Shown here one piece after another: positions 13,301-26,674 of a DNA stretch of 64,000 nt. Every line of letters starts with the position of its first letter. Within the stretch, counting starts at the first letter, position 1. Made by a program: the position numbers and the translations under genes. Under the pieces are notes generated by a model. It searched no databases, was not told the origin of the DNA, and saw only the letters and a program-made list of their open reading frames with translations. Origin of the DNA: Azolla caroliniana (lineage: Eukaryota; Plantae; Polypodiophyta); the NCBI GenBank assembly GCA_043228905.1, contig JBHGNT010000038.1, positions 124,001-188,000 of the forward strand, in the 5' to 3' direction.

Positions 13301-15921
13301 CGAATCTAAGCTAACAACGCTAGCTATGATATGGAATTAAAAAATCAAGATTTTGAAACTCAGGTCGAGAGACATGACGAAATTACCAAATTTGAGGAGC
13401 GAGTTAAGAAGAGCTATTAGGTACATTACAATGTTCATACCTGGCTCGTGTGATATCGGTTTTTTGTGTTCAAACATGCGAATCGAAGCTAACAATGCTA
13501 GCTATGATATGGAATTAAAAAATCAAGATTTTGAAACTCAGGTCGAGAGACATGACGAAATTTCCAAATTTCAGGAGGGAGTTGAGAAGAGCTAGTAGGT
13601 AAATTATAATGTTCATACCTGGTTCGTGTGATATCGGATTTTTTTGTTCAAACATTCGAATCGAAGCTAACAACGCTAGCTATGATATGGAATTACAAAA
13701 TCAAGATTTTGAAACTCCAGTCGAGAGACATGATGAAATTACCAAATTTGAGGAGTGACGTTGGAAGAGCGCGTGAGTGAATTAAAATGTTCATACCTGG
13801 CTCGTGTGATATCGGATTTTTGTGTTCAAACATGCAAATCGAAGCTAACAACGCTAGCTATGATATGGAATAAAAAAAACAAGATTTTGAAACTCAGGTC
13901 AAGAGACATGACGAAATTAGCAAATTTGAGGAGTGAGTTGAGAGGAGCCCTTGAGTAAATTAAAATGTTCATACCTAGCGAGTGTGATATCGGCTTTTTG
14001 TGTACAAACATGCGAATCGAAGCTAACAACGCTAGCTATGATATGGAATTAAAAAATCAAGACTTTGAAACTCAGGTCAAGAGACATGACGAAATTACTA
14101 AATTTGAGGAGGGAGTTGAGAGGGGCCCTTGAGTAAATTAAAATGGTCATACCTAGCTCGTGTGATATCGGATTTTTGTGTTCAAACATGCGAATCGAAG
14201 CTAACAACGCTAGCTACGACATGGAATAAAAAAAAACAAGATTTTGAAACTCAGGTCAAGAGACATGACGAAATTAGCAAATTTGAGGAGTGAGTTGAGA
14301 GGAGCCCTTGAGTAAATTAAAATGTTCATACATAGCGAGTGTGATATCGGATTTTTGTGTACAAACATGCGAATCGAAGCTAACAACGCTAGCTATGATA
14401 TGGAATTAAAAAATCAAGATTTTGAAACTCAGGTCGAGAGACATGACGAAATTACCAAATTTGAGGAGGGGGTTGAGAGGGGCCCTTGAGTAAATTAAAA
14501 TGTTCATACCTAGCTCGTGTGATATCGGATTTTTGTGTTCAAACATGCGAATCGAAGCTAACAACGCTAGCTATGATATGGAATAAAAAAAACAAGATTT
14601 TGAAACTCAGGTCGAGAGACATGACGAAATTACCAAATTTGAGGAGTGAGTTGAGAGGAGCCCTTGAGTAAATTAAAATGGTCATACCTAGCGAGTGTGA
14701 TATCGGATTTTTGTGTACAAACATGCGAATCGAAGCTAACAACGCTAGCTATGATATGGAATTACAAAATCAAGATTTTGAAACTCAGGTCGAGAGACAT
14801 GACGAAATTACCAAATTTGAGGAGGGAGTTGAGAGGGGCCCTTGAGTAAATTAAAATGTTCATACCTAGCGAGTGTGATATCGGATTTTTGTGTTCAAAC
14901 ATGCGAATCGAAGCTAACAATGCTAGCTATGATATGGAATTAAAAAATCAAGATTTTGAAACTCAGGTCGAGAGACATGACGAAATTTCCAAATTTCAGG
15001 AGGGAGTTGAGAAGAGCTAGTAGGTAAATTATAATGTTCATACCTGGTTCGTGTGATATCGGATTTTTGTGTTCAAACATGCGAATCGAAGCTAATAACG
15101 CTAGCTATGATATGGAATTAAAAAATCAAGATTTTGCAACTCAAGTCGAGAGACATGAAGAAATTACCAAATTTGAGGAGTGAGGTTGGAAGAGCGCGTG
15201 AGTGAATTAAAATGTTCATACCTGGCTCGTGTGATATCGGATTTTTGTGTTCAAACATGCGAATCGAAGCTAACAACGCTAGCTATCATATGGAATAAAA
15301 AAAACAAGATTTTGAAATTCAGGTCAAGAGACATGACGAAATTAGCAAATTTGAGGAGTGAGTTGAGAGGAGCCCTTGAGTAAATTAAAATGTTCATACC
15401 TAGCGAGTGTGATATCGGCTTTTTGTGTACAAACATGCGAATCGAAGCTAACAACGCTAGCTATGATATGGAATTAAAAAATCAAGACTTTGAAACTTAC
15501 GTCGAGAGATATGACGAAATTAGCAAATTTGAGGAGTGAGTTGAGAGGAGCCCTTGAGTAAATTAAAATGGTCATACCTAGCGAGTGTGATATCGGATTT
15601 TTGTGTACAAACATGCGAATCGAAGCTAACAACGCTAGCTATGATATGGAATTACAAAATGAAGATTTTGAAACTCAGGTCGAGAGACATGACGAAATTA
15701 CCAAATTTGAGGAGGGAGTTGAGAGGGGCCCTTGAGTAAATTAAAATGTTCATACCTAGCGAGTGTGATATCGGATTTTTGTGTTCAAACATGCGAATCG
15801 AAGCTAACAATGCTAGCTATGATATGGAATTAAAAAATCAAGATTTTGAAACTCAGGTCGAGAGACATGACGAAATTTCCAAATTTCAGGAGGGAGTTGA
15901 GAAGAGCTAGTAGGTAAATTA
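8360..15921 (+). repeat. Block duplication with 24-monomer period (4274 bp); copies ~8360-11647 and ~12634-15921
   Basis: Marker pairs 9079/13353, 9481/13755, 10212/14486, 10390/14664, 10906/15180 and 11280/15554 are all 4274 apart. Shared variants include GGATTTCTGTG and AAATTCAGG. Confidence 0.9.
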
Positions 15922-18900
15922 TAATGTTCATACCTGGTTCGTGTGATATCGGATTTTTGTGTTCAAACATGCGAATCGAAGCTAATAACGCTAGCTATGA
16001 TATGGAATTAAAAAATCAAGATTTTGCAACTCAAGTCCAGAGACATGACGAAATTACCAAATTTGAGGAGTGAGTTGAGAGGAGCCCTTGAGTAAATTAA
16101 AATGGTCATACCTAGCGAGTGTGATATCGGATTTTTGTGTACAAACATGCGAATCGAAGCTAACAACGCTAGCTATGATATGGAATTAAAAAATCAAGAT
16201 TTTGAAACTTACGTCGAGAGATATGACGAAATTAGCAAATTTGAGGAGTGAGTTGAGAGGAGCCCTTGAGTAAATTAAAATGGTCATACCTAGCGAGTGT
16301 GATATCGGATTTTTGTGTTCAAACTTGCGAATCTAAGCTAACAACGCTAGCTATGATATGGAATTAAAAAATCAAGATTTTGAAACTCAGGTCGAGAGAC
16401 ATGACGAAATTACCAAATTTGAGGAGCGAGTTAAGAAGAGCTATTAGGTACATTACAATGTTCATACCTGGCTCGTGTGATATCGGTTTTTTGTGTTCAA
16501 ACATGCGAATCGAAGCTAACAATGCTAGCTATGATATGGAATTAAAAAATCAAGATTTTGAAACTCAGGTCGAGAGACATGAAGAAATTACCAAATTTGA
16601 GGAGGGAGTTAAGAAGAGCTATTAGGTAAATTACAATGTTCATACCTGGCTCGTGTGATATCGGATTTTTGTGTTCAAACATTGGAATCGAAGCTAACAA
16701 CGCTAGGTATGATATAGAATTAAAAAATCAAGATTTTGAAACTCAGGTCGAGAGACATGACGAAATTACCAAATTTGAGGAGTGAGTTGAGAGGAGCCCT
16801 TGAGTAAATTAAAATGGTCATACCTAGCGAGTGTGATATAGGATTTTTGTGTACAAACATGCGAATCGAAGCTAACAACGCTAGCTATGATATGGAATTA
16901 AAAAATCAAGATTTTGAAACTTACGTCGAGAGATATGACGAAATTAGCAAATTTGAGGAGTGAGTTGAGAGGAGCCCTTGAGTAAATTAAAATGGTCATA
17001 CCTAGCGAGTGTGATATCGGATTTTTGTGTACAAACATGCGAATCGAAGCTAACAACGCTAGCTATGATATGGGATTACAAAATGAAGATTTTGAAACTC
17101 AGGTCGAGAGACATGACGAAATTACCAAATTTGAGGAGGGAGTTGAGAGGGGCCCTTGAGTAAATTAAAATGTTCATACCTAGCGAGTGTGATATCGGAT
17201 TTTTGTGTTCAAACTTGCGAATCGAAGCTAACAATGCTAGCTATGATATGGAATTAAAAAATCAAGATTTTGAAACTCAGGTCGAGAGACATGACGAAAT
17301 TTCCAAATTTCAGGAGGGAGTTGAGAAGAGCTAGTAGGTAAATTATAATGTTCATACCTGGTTCGTGTGATATCGGATTTTTGTGTTCAAACATGCGAAT
17401 CGAAGCTAAAAACGCTAGCTATGATATGGAATTAAAAAATCAAGATTTTGCAACTCAAGTCGAGAGACATGAAGAAATTACCAAATTTGAGGAGTGAGGT
17501 TGGAAGAGCGCGTGAGTGAATTAAAATGTTCATACCTGGCTCGTGTGATATCGGATTTTTGTGTTCAAACATGCGAATCGAAGCTAACAACGCTAGCTAC
17601 GACATGGAATAAAAAAAAACAAGATTTTGAAACTCAGGTCAAGAGACATGACGAAATTAGCAAATTTGAGGAGTGAGTTGAGAGGAGCCCTTGAGTAAAT
17701 TAAAATGTTCATACATAGCGAGTGTGATATCGGATTTTTGTGTACAAACATGCGAATCGAAGCTAACAACGCTAGCTATGATATGGAATTAAAAAATCAA
17801 GATTTTGAAACTCAGGTCGAGAGACATGACGAAATTACCAAATTTGAGGAGGGGGTTGAGAGGGGCCCTTGAGTAAATTAAAATGTTCATACCTAGCTCG
17901 TGTGATATCGGATTTTTGTGTTCAAACATGCGAATCGAAGCTAACAACGCTAGCTATGATATGGAATAAAAAAAAACAAGATTTTGAAACTCAGGTCAAG
18001 AGACATGACGAAATTAGCAAATTTGAGGAGTGAGTTGAGAGGAGCCCTTGAGTAAATTAAAATGTTCATACATAGCGAGTGTGATATCGGATTTTTGTGT
18101 TCAAACATTGGAATCGAAGCTAACAACGCTAGGTATGATATAGAATTAAAAAATCAAGATTTTGAAACTCAGGTCGAGAGACATGACGAAATTACCAAAT
18201 TTGAGGAGTGAGTTAAGAAGAGCTATTAGGTAAATTATAATGTTCATACCTGGCTCGTGTGATATCGGATTTTTGTGTTCAAACATGCGAATCGAAGCTA
18301 ATAACGCTAGCTATGATATGGAATTAAAAAATCAATATTTTGAAACTCAGGTCAAGAGACATGACGAAATTAGCAAATTTGAGGAGTGAGTTGAGAGGAG
18401 CCCTTGAGTAAATTAAAATGTTCATACATAGCGAGTGTGATATCGGATTTTTGTGTTCAAACATTGGAATCGAAGCTAACAACGCTAGGTATGATATAGA
18501 ATTAAAAAATCAAGATTTTGAAACTCAGGTCGAGAGACATGACGAAATTACCAAATTTGAGGAGTGAGTTAAGAAGAGCTATTAGGTAAATTATAATGTT
18601 CATACCTGGCTCGTGTGATATCGGATTTTTGTGTTCAAACATGCGAATCGAAGCTAATAACGCTAGCTATGATATGGAATTAAAAAATCAATATTTTGAA
18701 ACTCAGGTCAAGAGACATGACGAAATTAGCAAATTTGAGGAGTGAGTTGAGATGAGCCCTTGAGTAAATTAAAATGTTCATACATAGCGAGTGTGATATC
18801 GGATTTTTGTGTACAAACATGCGAATCGAAGCTAACAACGCTAGCTATGATATGGAATTAAAAAATCAAGATTTTGAAACTCAGGTCGAGAGACATGACG

Positions 18901-19580
18901 AAATTACCAAATTTGAGGAGTGAGTTGAGAGGAGCCCTTGAGTAAATTATAATGTTCATACCTGGTTCGTGTGATATCGGATTTTTGTGTTCAAACATGC
19001 GAATCGAAGCTAATAACGCTAGCTATGATATGGAATTAAAAAATCAAGATTTTGCAACTCAAGTCAAGAGACATGAAGAAATTACCAAATTTGAGGAGTG
19101 AGGTTGGAAGAGCGCGTGAGTGAATTAAAATGTTCATACCTGGCTCGTGTGATATCGGATTTTTATGTTCAAACATGCGAATCGAAGCTAACAACGCTAG
19201 CTACGACATGGAATAAAAAAAAACAAGATTTTGAAACTCAGGTCAAGAGACATGACGAAATTAGCAAATTTGAGGAGTGAGTTGAGAGGAGCCCTTGAGT
19301 AAATTAAAATGTTCATACATAGCGAGTGTGATATCGGATTTTTGTGTACAAACATGCGAATCGAAGCTAACAACGCTAGCTATGATATGGAATTACAAAA
19401 TCAAGATTTTGAAACTCAGGTCGAGAGACATGACGAAATTACCAAATTTGAGGAGGGAGTTGAGAGGGGCCCTTGAGTAAATTAAAATGTTCATACCTAG
19501 CTCGTGTGATATCGGATTTTTGTGTTCAAACATGCGAATCGAAGCTAACAACGCTAGCTATGATATGGAATAAAAAAAAC

Positions 19581-22500
19581 AAGATTTTGAAACTCAGGTC
19601 GAGAGACATGACGAAATTACCAAATTTGAGGAGCGAGTTGAGAGGAGCCCTTGAGTAAATTAAAATGGTCATACCTAGCGAGTGTGATATCGGATTTTTG
19701 TGTACAAACATGCGAATCGAAGCTAACAACGCTAGCTATGATATGGAATTAAAAAAACAAGATTTTGAAACTTACGTCGAGAGATATGACGAAATTAGCA
19801 AATTTGAGGAGTGAGTTGAGAGGAGCCCTTGAGTAAATTAAAATGGTCATACCTAGCGAGTGTGATATCGGATTTTTGTGTTCAAACATGCGAATCTAAG
19901 CTAACAACGCTAGCTATGATATGGAATTAAAAAATCAAGATTTTGAAACTCAGGTCGAGAGACATGACGAAATTACCAAATTTGAGGAGCGAGTTAAGAA
20001 GAGCTATTAGGTACATTACAATGTTCATACCTGGCTCGTGTGATATCGGTTTTTTGTGTTCAAACATGCGAATCGAAGCTAACAATGCTAGCTATGATAT
20101 GGAATTAAAAAATCAAGATTTTGAAACTCAGGTCGAGAGACATGACGAAATTTCCAAATTTCAGGAGGGAGTTGAGAAGAGCTAGTAGGTAAATTATAAT
20201 GTTCATACCTGGTTCGTGTGATATCGGATTTTTTTGTTCAAACATTCGAATCGAAGCTAACAACGCTAGCTATGATATGGAATTACAAAATCAAGATTTT
20301 GAAACTCCAGTCGAGAGACATGATGAAATTACCAAATTTGAGGAGTGACGTTGGAAGAGCGCGTGAGTGAATTAAAATGTTCATACCTGTCTCGTGTGAT
20401 ATCGGATTTTTGTGTTCAAACATGCAAATCGAAGCTAACAACGCTAGCTATGATATGGAATAAAAAAAACAAGATTTTGAAACTCAGGTCAAGATACATG
20501 ACGAAATTAGCAAATTTGAGGAGTGAGTTGAGAGGAGCCCTTGAGTAAATTAAAATGGTCATACCTAGCGAGTGTGATATCGGATTTTTGTGTACAAACA
20601 TGCGAATCGAAGCTAACAACGCTAGCTATGATATGGAATTAAAAAATCAAGATTTTGAAACTCAGGTCGAGAGACATGACGAAATTTCCAAATTTCAGGA
20701 GGGAGTTGAGAAGAGCTAGTAGGTAAATTATAATGTTCATACCTAGCTCGTGTTATATCGGATTTTTGTGTTCAAACATGCGAATCGAAGCTAACAACGC
20801 TAGCTATGATATAGAATTATAAAATAAAGATTTTGAAACTCAGGTCGAGAGACATGACGAAATTACCAAATTTGAGGAGTGAGTTGAGAGGAGCCCTTGA
20901 GTAAATTAAAATGGTCATACCTAGCGAGTGTGATATAGGATTTTTGTGTACAAACATGCGAATCGAAGCTAACAACGCTAGCTATGATATGGAATTAAAA
21001 AATCAAGATTTTGAAACTTACGTCGAGAGATATGACGAAATTAGCAAATTTGAGGAGTGAGTTGAGAGGAGCCCTTGAGTAAATTAAAATGGTCATACCT
21101 AGCGAGTGTGATATCGGATTTTTGTGTACAAACATGCGAATCGAAGCTAACAACGCTAGCTATGATATGGGATTACAAAATGAAGATTTTGAAACTCAGG
21201 TCGAGAGACATGACGAAATTACCAAATTTGAGGAGGGAGTTGAGAGGGGCCCTTGAGTAAATTAAAATGTTCATACCTAGCGAGTGTGATATCGGATTTT
21301 TGTGTTCAAACTTGCGAATCGAAGCTAACAATGCTAGCTATGATATGGAATTAAAAAATCAAGATTTTGAAACTCAGGTCGAGAGACATGACGAAATTAC
21401 CAAATTTGAGGAGCGAGTTGAGAGGAGCCCTTGAGTAAATTAAAATGGTCATACCTAGCGAGTGTGATATCGGATTTTTGTGTACAAACATGCGAATCGA
21501 AGCTAACAACGCTAGCTATGATATGGAATTAAAAAAACAAGATTTTGAAACTTACGTCGAGAGATATGACGAAATTAGCAAATTTGAGGAGTGAGTTGAG
21601 AGGAGCCCTTGAGTAAATTAAAATGGTCATACCTAGCGAGTGTGATATCGGATTTTTGTGTTCAAACATGCGAATCTAAGCTAACAACGCTAGCTATGAT
21701 ATGGAATTAAAAAATCAAGATTTTGAAACTCAGGTCGAGAGACATGACGAAATTACCAAATTTGAGGAGCGAGTTAAGAAGAGCTATTAGGTACATTACA
21801 ATGTTCATACCTGGCTCGTGTGATATCGGTTTTTTGTGTTCAAACATGCGAATCGAAGCTAACAATGCTAGCTATGATATGGAATTAAAAAATCAAGATT
21901 TTGAAACTCAGGTCGAGAGACATGACGAAATTTCCAAATTTCAGGAGGGAGTTGAGAAGAGCTAGTAGGTAAATTATAATGTTCATACCTGGTTCGTGTG
22001 ATATCGGATTTTTTTGTTCAAACATTCGAATCGAAGCTAACAACGCTAGCTATGATATGGAATTACAAAATCAAGATTTTGAAACTCCAGTCGAGAGACA
22101 TGATGAAATTACCAAATTTGAGGAGTGACGTTGGAAGAGCGCGTGAGTGAATTAAAATGTTCATACCTGTCTCGTGTGATATCGGATTTTTGTGTTCAAA
22201 CATGCAAATCGAAGCTAACAACGCTAGCTATGATATGGAATAAAAAAAACAAGATTTTGAAACTCAGGTCAAGATACATGACGAAATTAGCAAATTTGAG
22301 GAGTGAGTTGAGAGGAGCCCTTGAGTAAATTAAAATGGTCATACCTAGCGAGTGTGATATCGGATTTTTGTGTACAAACATGCGAATCGAAGCTAACAAC
22401 GCTAGCTATGATATGGAATTAAAAAATCAAGATTTTGAAACTCAGGTCGAGAGACATGACGAAATTTCCAAATTTCAGGAGGGAGTTGAGAAGAGCTAGT

Positions 22501-23177
22501 AGGTAAATTATAATGTTCATACCTAGCTCGTGTTATATCGGATTTTTGTGTTCAAACATGCGAATCGAAGCTAACAACGCTAGCTATGATATAGAATTAT
22601 AAAATAAAGATTTTGAAACTCAGGTCGAGAGACATGACGAAATTACCAAATTTGAGGAGTGAGTTGAGAGGAGCCCTTGAGTAAATTAAAATGGTCATAC
22701 CTAGCGAGTGTGATATAGGATTTTTGTGTACAAACATGCGAATCGAAGCTAACAACGCTAGCTATGATATGGAATTAAAAAATCAAGATTTTGAAACTTA
22801 CGTCGAGAGATATGACGAAATTAGCAAATTTGAGGAGTGAGTTGAGAGGAGCCCTTGAGTAAATTAAAATGGTCATACCTAGCGAGTGTGATATCGGATT
22901 TTTGTGTACAAACATGCGAATCGAAGCTAACAACGCTAGCTATGATATGGGATTACAAAATGAAGATTTTGAAACTCAGGTCGAGAGACATGACGAAATT
23001 ACCAAATTTGAGGAGGGAGTTGAGAGGGGCCCTTGAGTAAATTAAAATGTTCATACCTAGCGAGTGTGATATCGGATTTTTGTGTTCAAACTTGCGAATC
23101 GAAGCTAACAATGCTAGCTATGATATGGAATTAAAAAATCAAGATTTTGAAACTCAGGTCGAGAGACATGACGAAAT
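19581..23177 (+). repeat. Tandem 10-monomer higher-order repeat, 2 copies (1780 bp)
   Basis: 19943/21723, 20345/22125 and 21075/22855 are 1780 apart. The private variants ACCTGTCTCG, AAGATACATG, TGTTATATCG and ATAGAATTATAAAATAAAGA occur in both copies. Confidence 0.93.
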
Positions 23178-26100
23178 TTCCAAATTTCAGGAGGGAGTTG
23201 AGAAGAGCTAGTAGGTAAATTATAATGTTCATACCTGGTTCGTGTGATATCGGATTTTTGTGTTCAAACATGCGAATCGAAGCTAAAAACGCTAGCTATG
23301 ATATGGAATTAAAAAATCAAGATTTTGCAACTCAAGTCGAGAGACATGAAGAAATTACCAAATTTGAGGAGTGAGGTTGGAAGAGCGCGTGAGTGAATTA
23401 AAATGTTCATACCTGGCTCGTGTGATATCGGATTTTTGTGTTCAAACATGCGAATCGAAGCTAACAACGCTAGCTACGACATGGAATAAAAAAAAACAAG
23501 ATTTTGAAACTCAGGTCAAGAGACATGACGAAATTAGCAAATTTGAGGAGTGAGTTGAGAGGAGCCCTTGAGTAAATTAAAATGTTCATACATAGCGAGT
23601 GTGATATCGGATTTTTGTGTACAAACATGCGAATCGAAGCTAACAACGCTAGCTATGATATGGAATTAAAAAATCAAGATTTTGAAACTCAGGTCGAGAG
23701 ACATGACGAAATTACCAAATTTGAGGAGGGGGTTGAGAGGGGCCCTTGAGTAAATTAAAATGTTCATACCTAGCTCGTGTGATATCGGATTTTTGTGTTC
23801 AAACATGCGAATCGAAGCTAACAACGCTAGCTATGATATGGAATAAAAAAAACAAGATTTTGAAACTCAGGTCGAGAGACATGACGAAATTACCAAATTT
23901 GAGGAGTGAGTTGAGAGGAGCCCTTGAGTAAATTAAAATGGTCATACCTAGCGAGTGTGATATCGGATTTTTGTGTACAAACATGCGAATCGAAGCTAAC
24001 AACGCTAGCTATGATATGGAATTAAAAAATCAAGATTTTGAAACTTACGTCGAGAGATATGACGAAATTAGCAAATTTGAGGAGTGAGTTGAGAGGAGCC
24101 CTTGAGTAAATTAAAATGGTCATACCTAGCGAGTGTGATATCGGATTTTTGTGTTCAAACATGCGAATCTAAGCTAACAACGCTAGCTATGATATGGAAT
24201 TAAAAAATCAAGATTTTGAAACTCAGGTCGAGAGACATGACGAAATTACCAAATTTGAGGAGCGAGTTAAGAAGAGCTATTAGGTACATTACAATGTTCA
24301 TACCTGGCTCGTGTGATATCGGTTTTTTGTGTTCAAACATGCGAATCGAAGCTAACAATGCTAGCTATGATATGGAATTAAAAAATCAAGATTTTGAAAC
24401 TCAGGTCGAGAGACATGACGAAATTTCCAAATTTCAGGAGGGAGTTGAGAAGAGCTAGTAGGTAAATTATAATGTTCATACCTGGTTCGTGTGATATCGG
24501 ATTTTTTTGTTCAAACATTCGAATCGATGCTAACAACGCTAGCTATGATATGGAATTACAAAATCAAGATTTTGAAACTCCAGTCGAGAGACATGATGAA
24601 ATTACCAAATTTGAGTAGTGACGTTGGAAGAGCGCGTGAGTGAATTAAAATGTTCATACCTGGCTCGTGTGATATCGGATTTTTGTGTTCAAACATGCAA
24701 ATCGAAGCTAACAACGCTAGCTATGATATGGAATAAAAAAAACAAGATTTTGAAACTCAGGTCAAGAGACATGACGAAATTAGCAAATTTGAGGAGTGAG
24801 TTGAGAGGAGCCCTTGAGTAAATTAAAATGTTCATACCTAGCGAGTGTGATATCGGCTTTTTGTGTACAAACATGCGAATCGAAGCTAACAACGCTAGCT
24901 ATGATATGGAATTAAAAAATCAAGACTTTGAAACTCAGGTCAAGAGACATGACGAAATTACTAAATTTGAGGAGGGAGTTGAGAGGGGCCCTTGAGTAAA
25001 TTAAAATGGTCATACCTAGCTCGTGTGATATCGGATTTTTGTGTTCAAACATGCGAATCGAAGCTAACAACGCTAGCTACGACATGGAATAAAAAAAAAC
25101 AAGATTTTGAAACTCAGGTCAAGAGACATGACGAAATTAGCAAATTTGAGGAGTGAGTTGAGAGGAGCCCTTGAGTAAATTAAAATGTTCATACATAGCG
25201 AGTGTGATATCGGATTTTTGTGTACAAACATGCGAATCGAAGCTAACAACGCTAGCTATGATATGGAATTAAAAAATCAAGATTTTGAAACTCAGGTCGA
25301 GAGACATGACGAAATTACCAAATTTGAGGAGGGGGTTGAGAGGGGCCCTTGAGTAAATTAAAATGTTCATACCTAGCTCGTGTGATATCGGATTTTTGTG
25401 TTCAAACATGCGAATCGAAGCTAACAACGCTAGCTATGATATGGAATAAAAAAAACAAGATTTTGAAACTCAGGTCGAGAGACATGACGAAATTACCAAA
25501 TTTGAGGAGTGAGTTGAGAGGAGCCCTTGAGTAAATTAAAATGGTCATACCTAGCGAGTGTGATATCGGATTTTTGTGTACAAACATGCGAATCGAAGCT
25601 AACAACGCTAGCTATGATATGGAATTACAAAATCAAGATTTTGAAACTCAGGTCGAGAGACATGACGAAATTACCAAATTTGAGGAGGGAGTTGAGAGGG
25701 GCCCTTGAGTAAATTAAAATGTTCATACCTAGCGAGTGTGATATCGGATTTTTGTGTTCAAACATGCGAATCGAAGCTAACAATGCTAGCTATGATATGG
25801 AATTAAAAAATCAAGATTTTGAAACTCAGGTCGAGAGACATGACGAAATTTCCAAATTTCAGGAGGGAGTTGAGAAGAGCTAGTAGGTAAATTATAATGT
25901 TCATACCTGGTTCGTGTGATATCGGATTTTTGTGTTCAAACATGCGAATCGAAGCTAATAACGCTAGCTATGATATGGAATTAAAAAATAAAGATTTTGC
26001 AACTCAAGTCGAGAGACATGAAGAAATTACCAAATTTGAGGAGTGAGGTTGGAAGAGCGCGTGAGTGAATTAAAATGTTCATACCTGGCTCGTGTGATAT

Positions 26101-26674
26101 CGGATTTTTGTGTTCAAACATGCGAATCGAAGCTAACAACGCTAGCTATGATATGGAATAAAAAAAACAAGATTTTGAAATTCAGGTCAAGAGACATGAC
26201 GAAATTAGCAAATTTGAGGAGTGAGTTGAGAGGAGCCCTTGAGTAAATTAAAATGTTCATACCTAGCGAGTGTGATATCGGCTTTTTGTGTACAAACATG
26301 CGAATCGAAGCTAACAACGCTAGCTATGATATGGAATTAAAAAATCAAGACTTTGAAACTTACGTCGAGAGATATGACGAAATTAGCAAATTTGAGGAGT
26401 GAGTTGAGAGGAGCCCTTGAGTAAATTAAAATGGTCATACCTAGCGAGTGTGATATCGGATTTTTGTGTACAAACATGCGAATCGAAGCTAACAACGCTA
26501 GCTATGATATGGAATTACAAAATGAAGATTTTGAAACTCAGGTCGAGAGACATGACGAAATTACCAAATTTGAGGAGGGAGTTGAGAGGGGCCCTTGAGT
26601 AAATTAAAATGTTCATACCTAGCGAGTGTGATATCGGATTTTTGTGTTCAAACATGCGAATCGAAGCTAACAAT

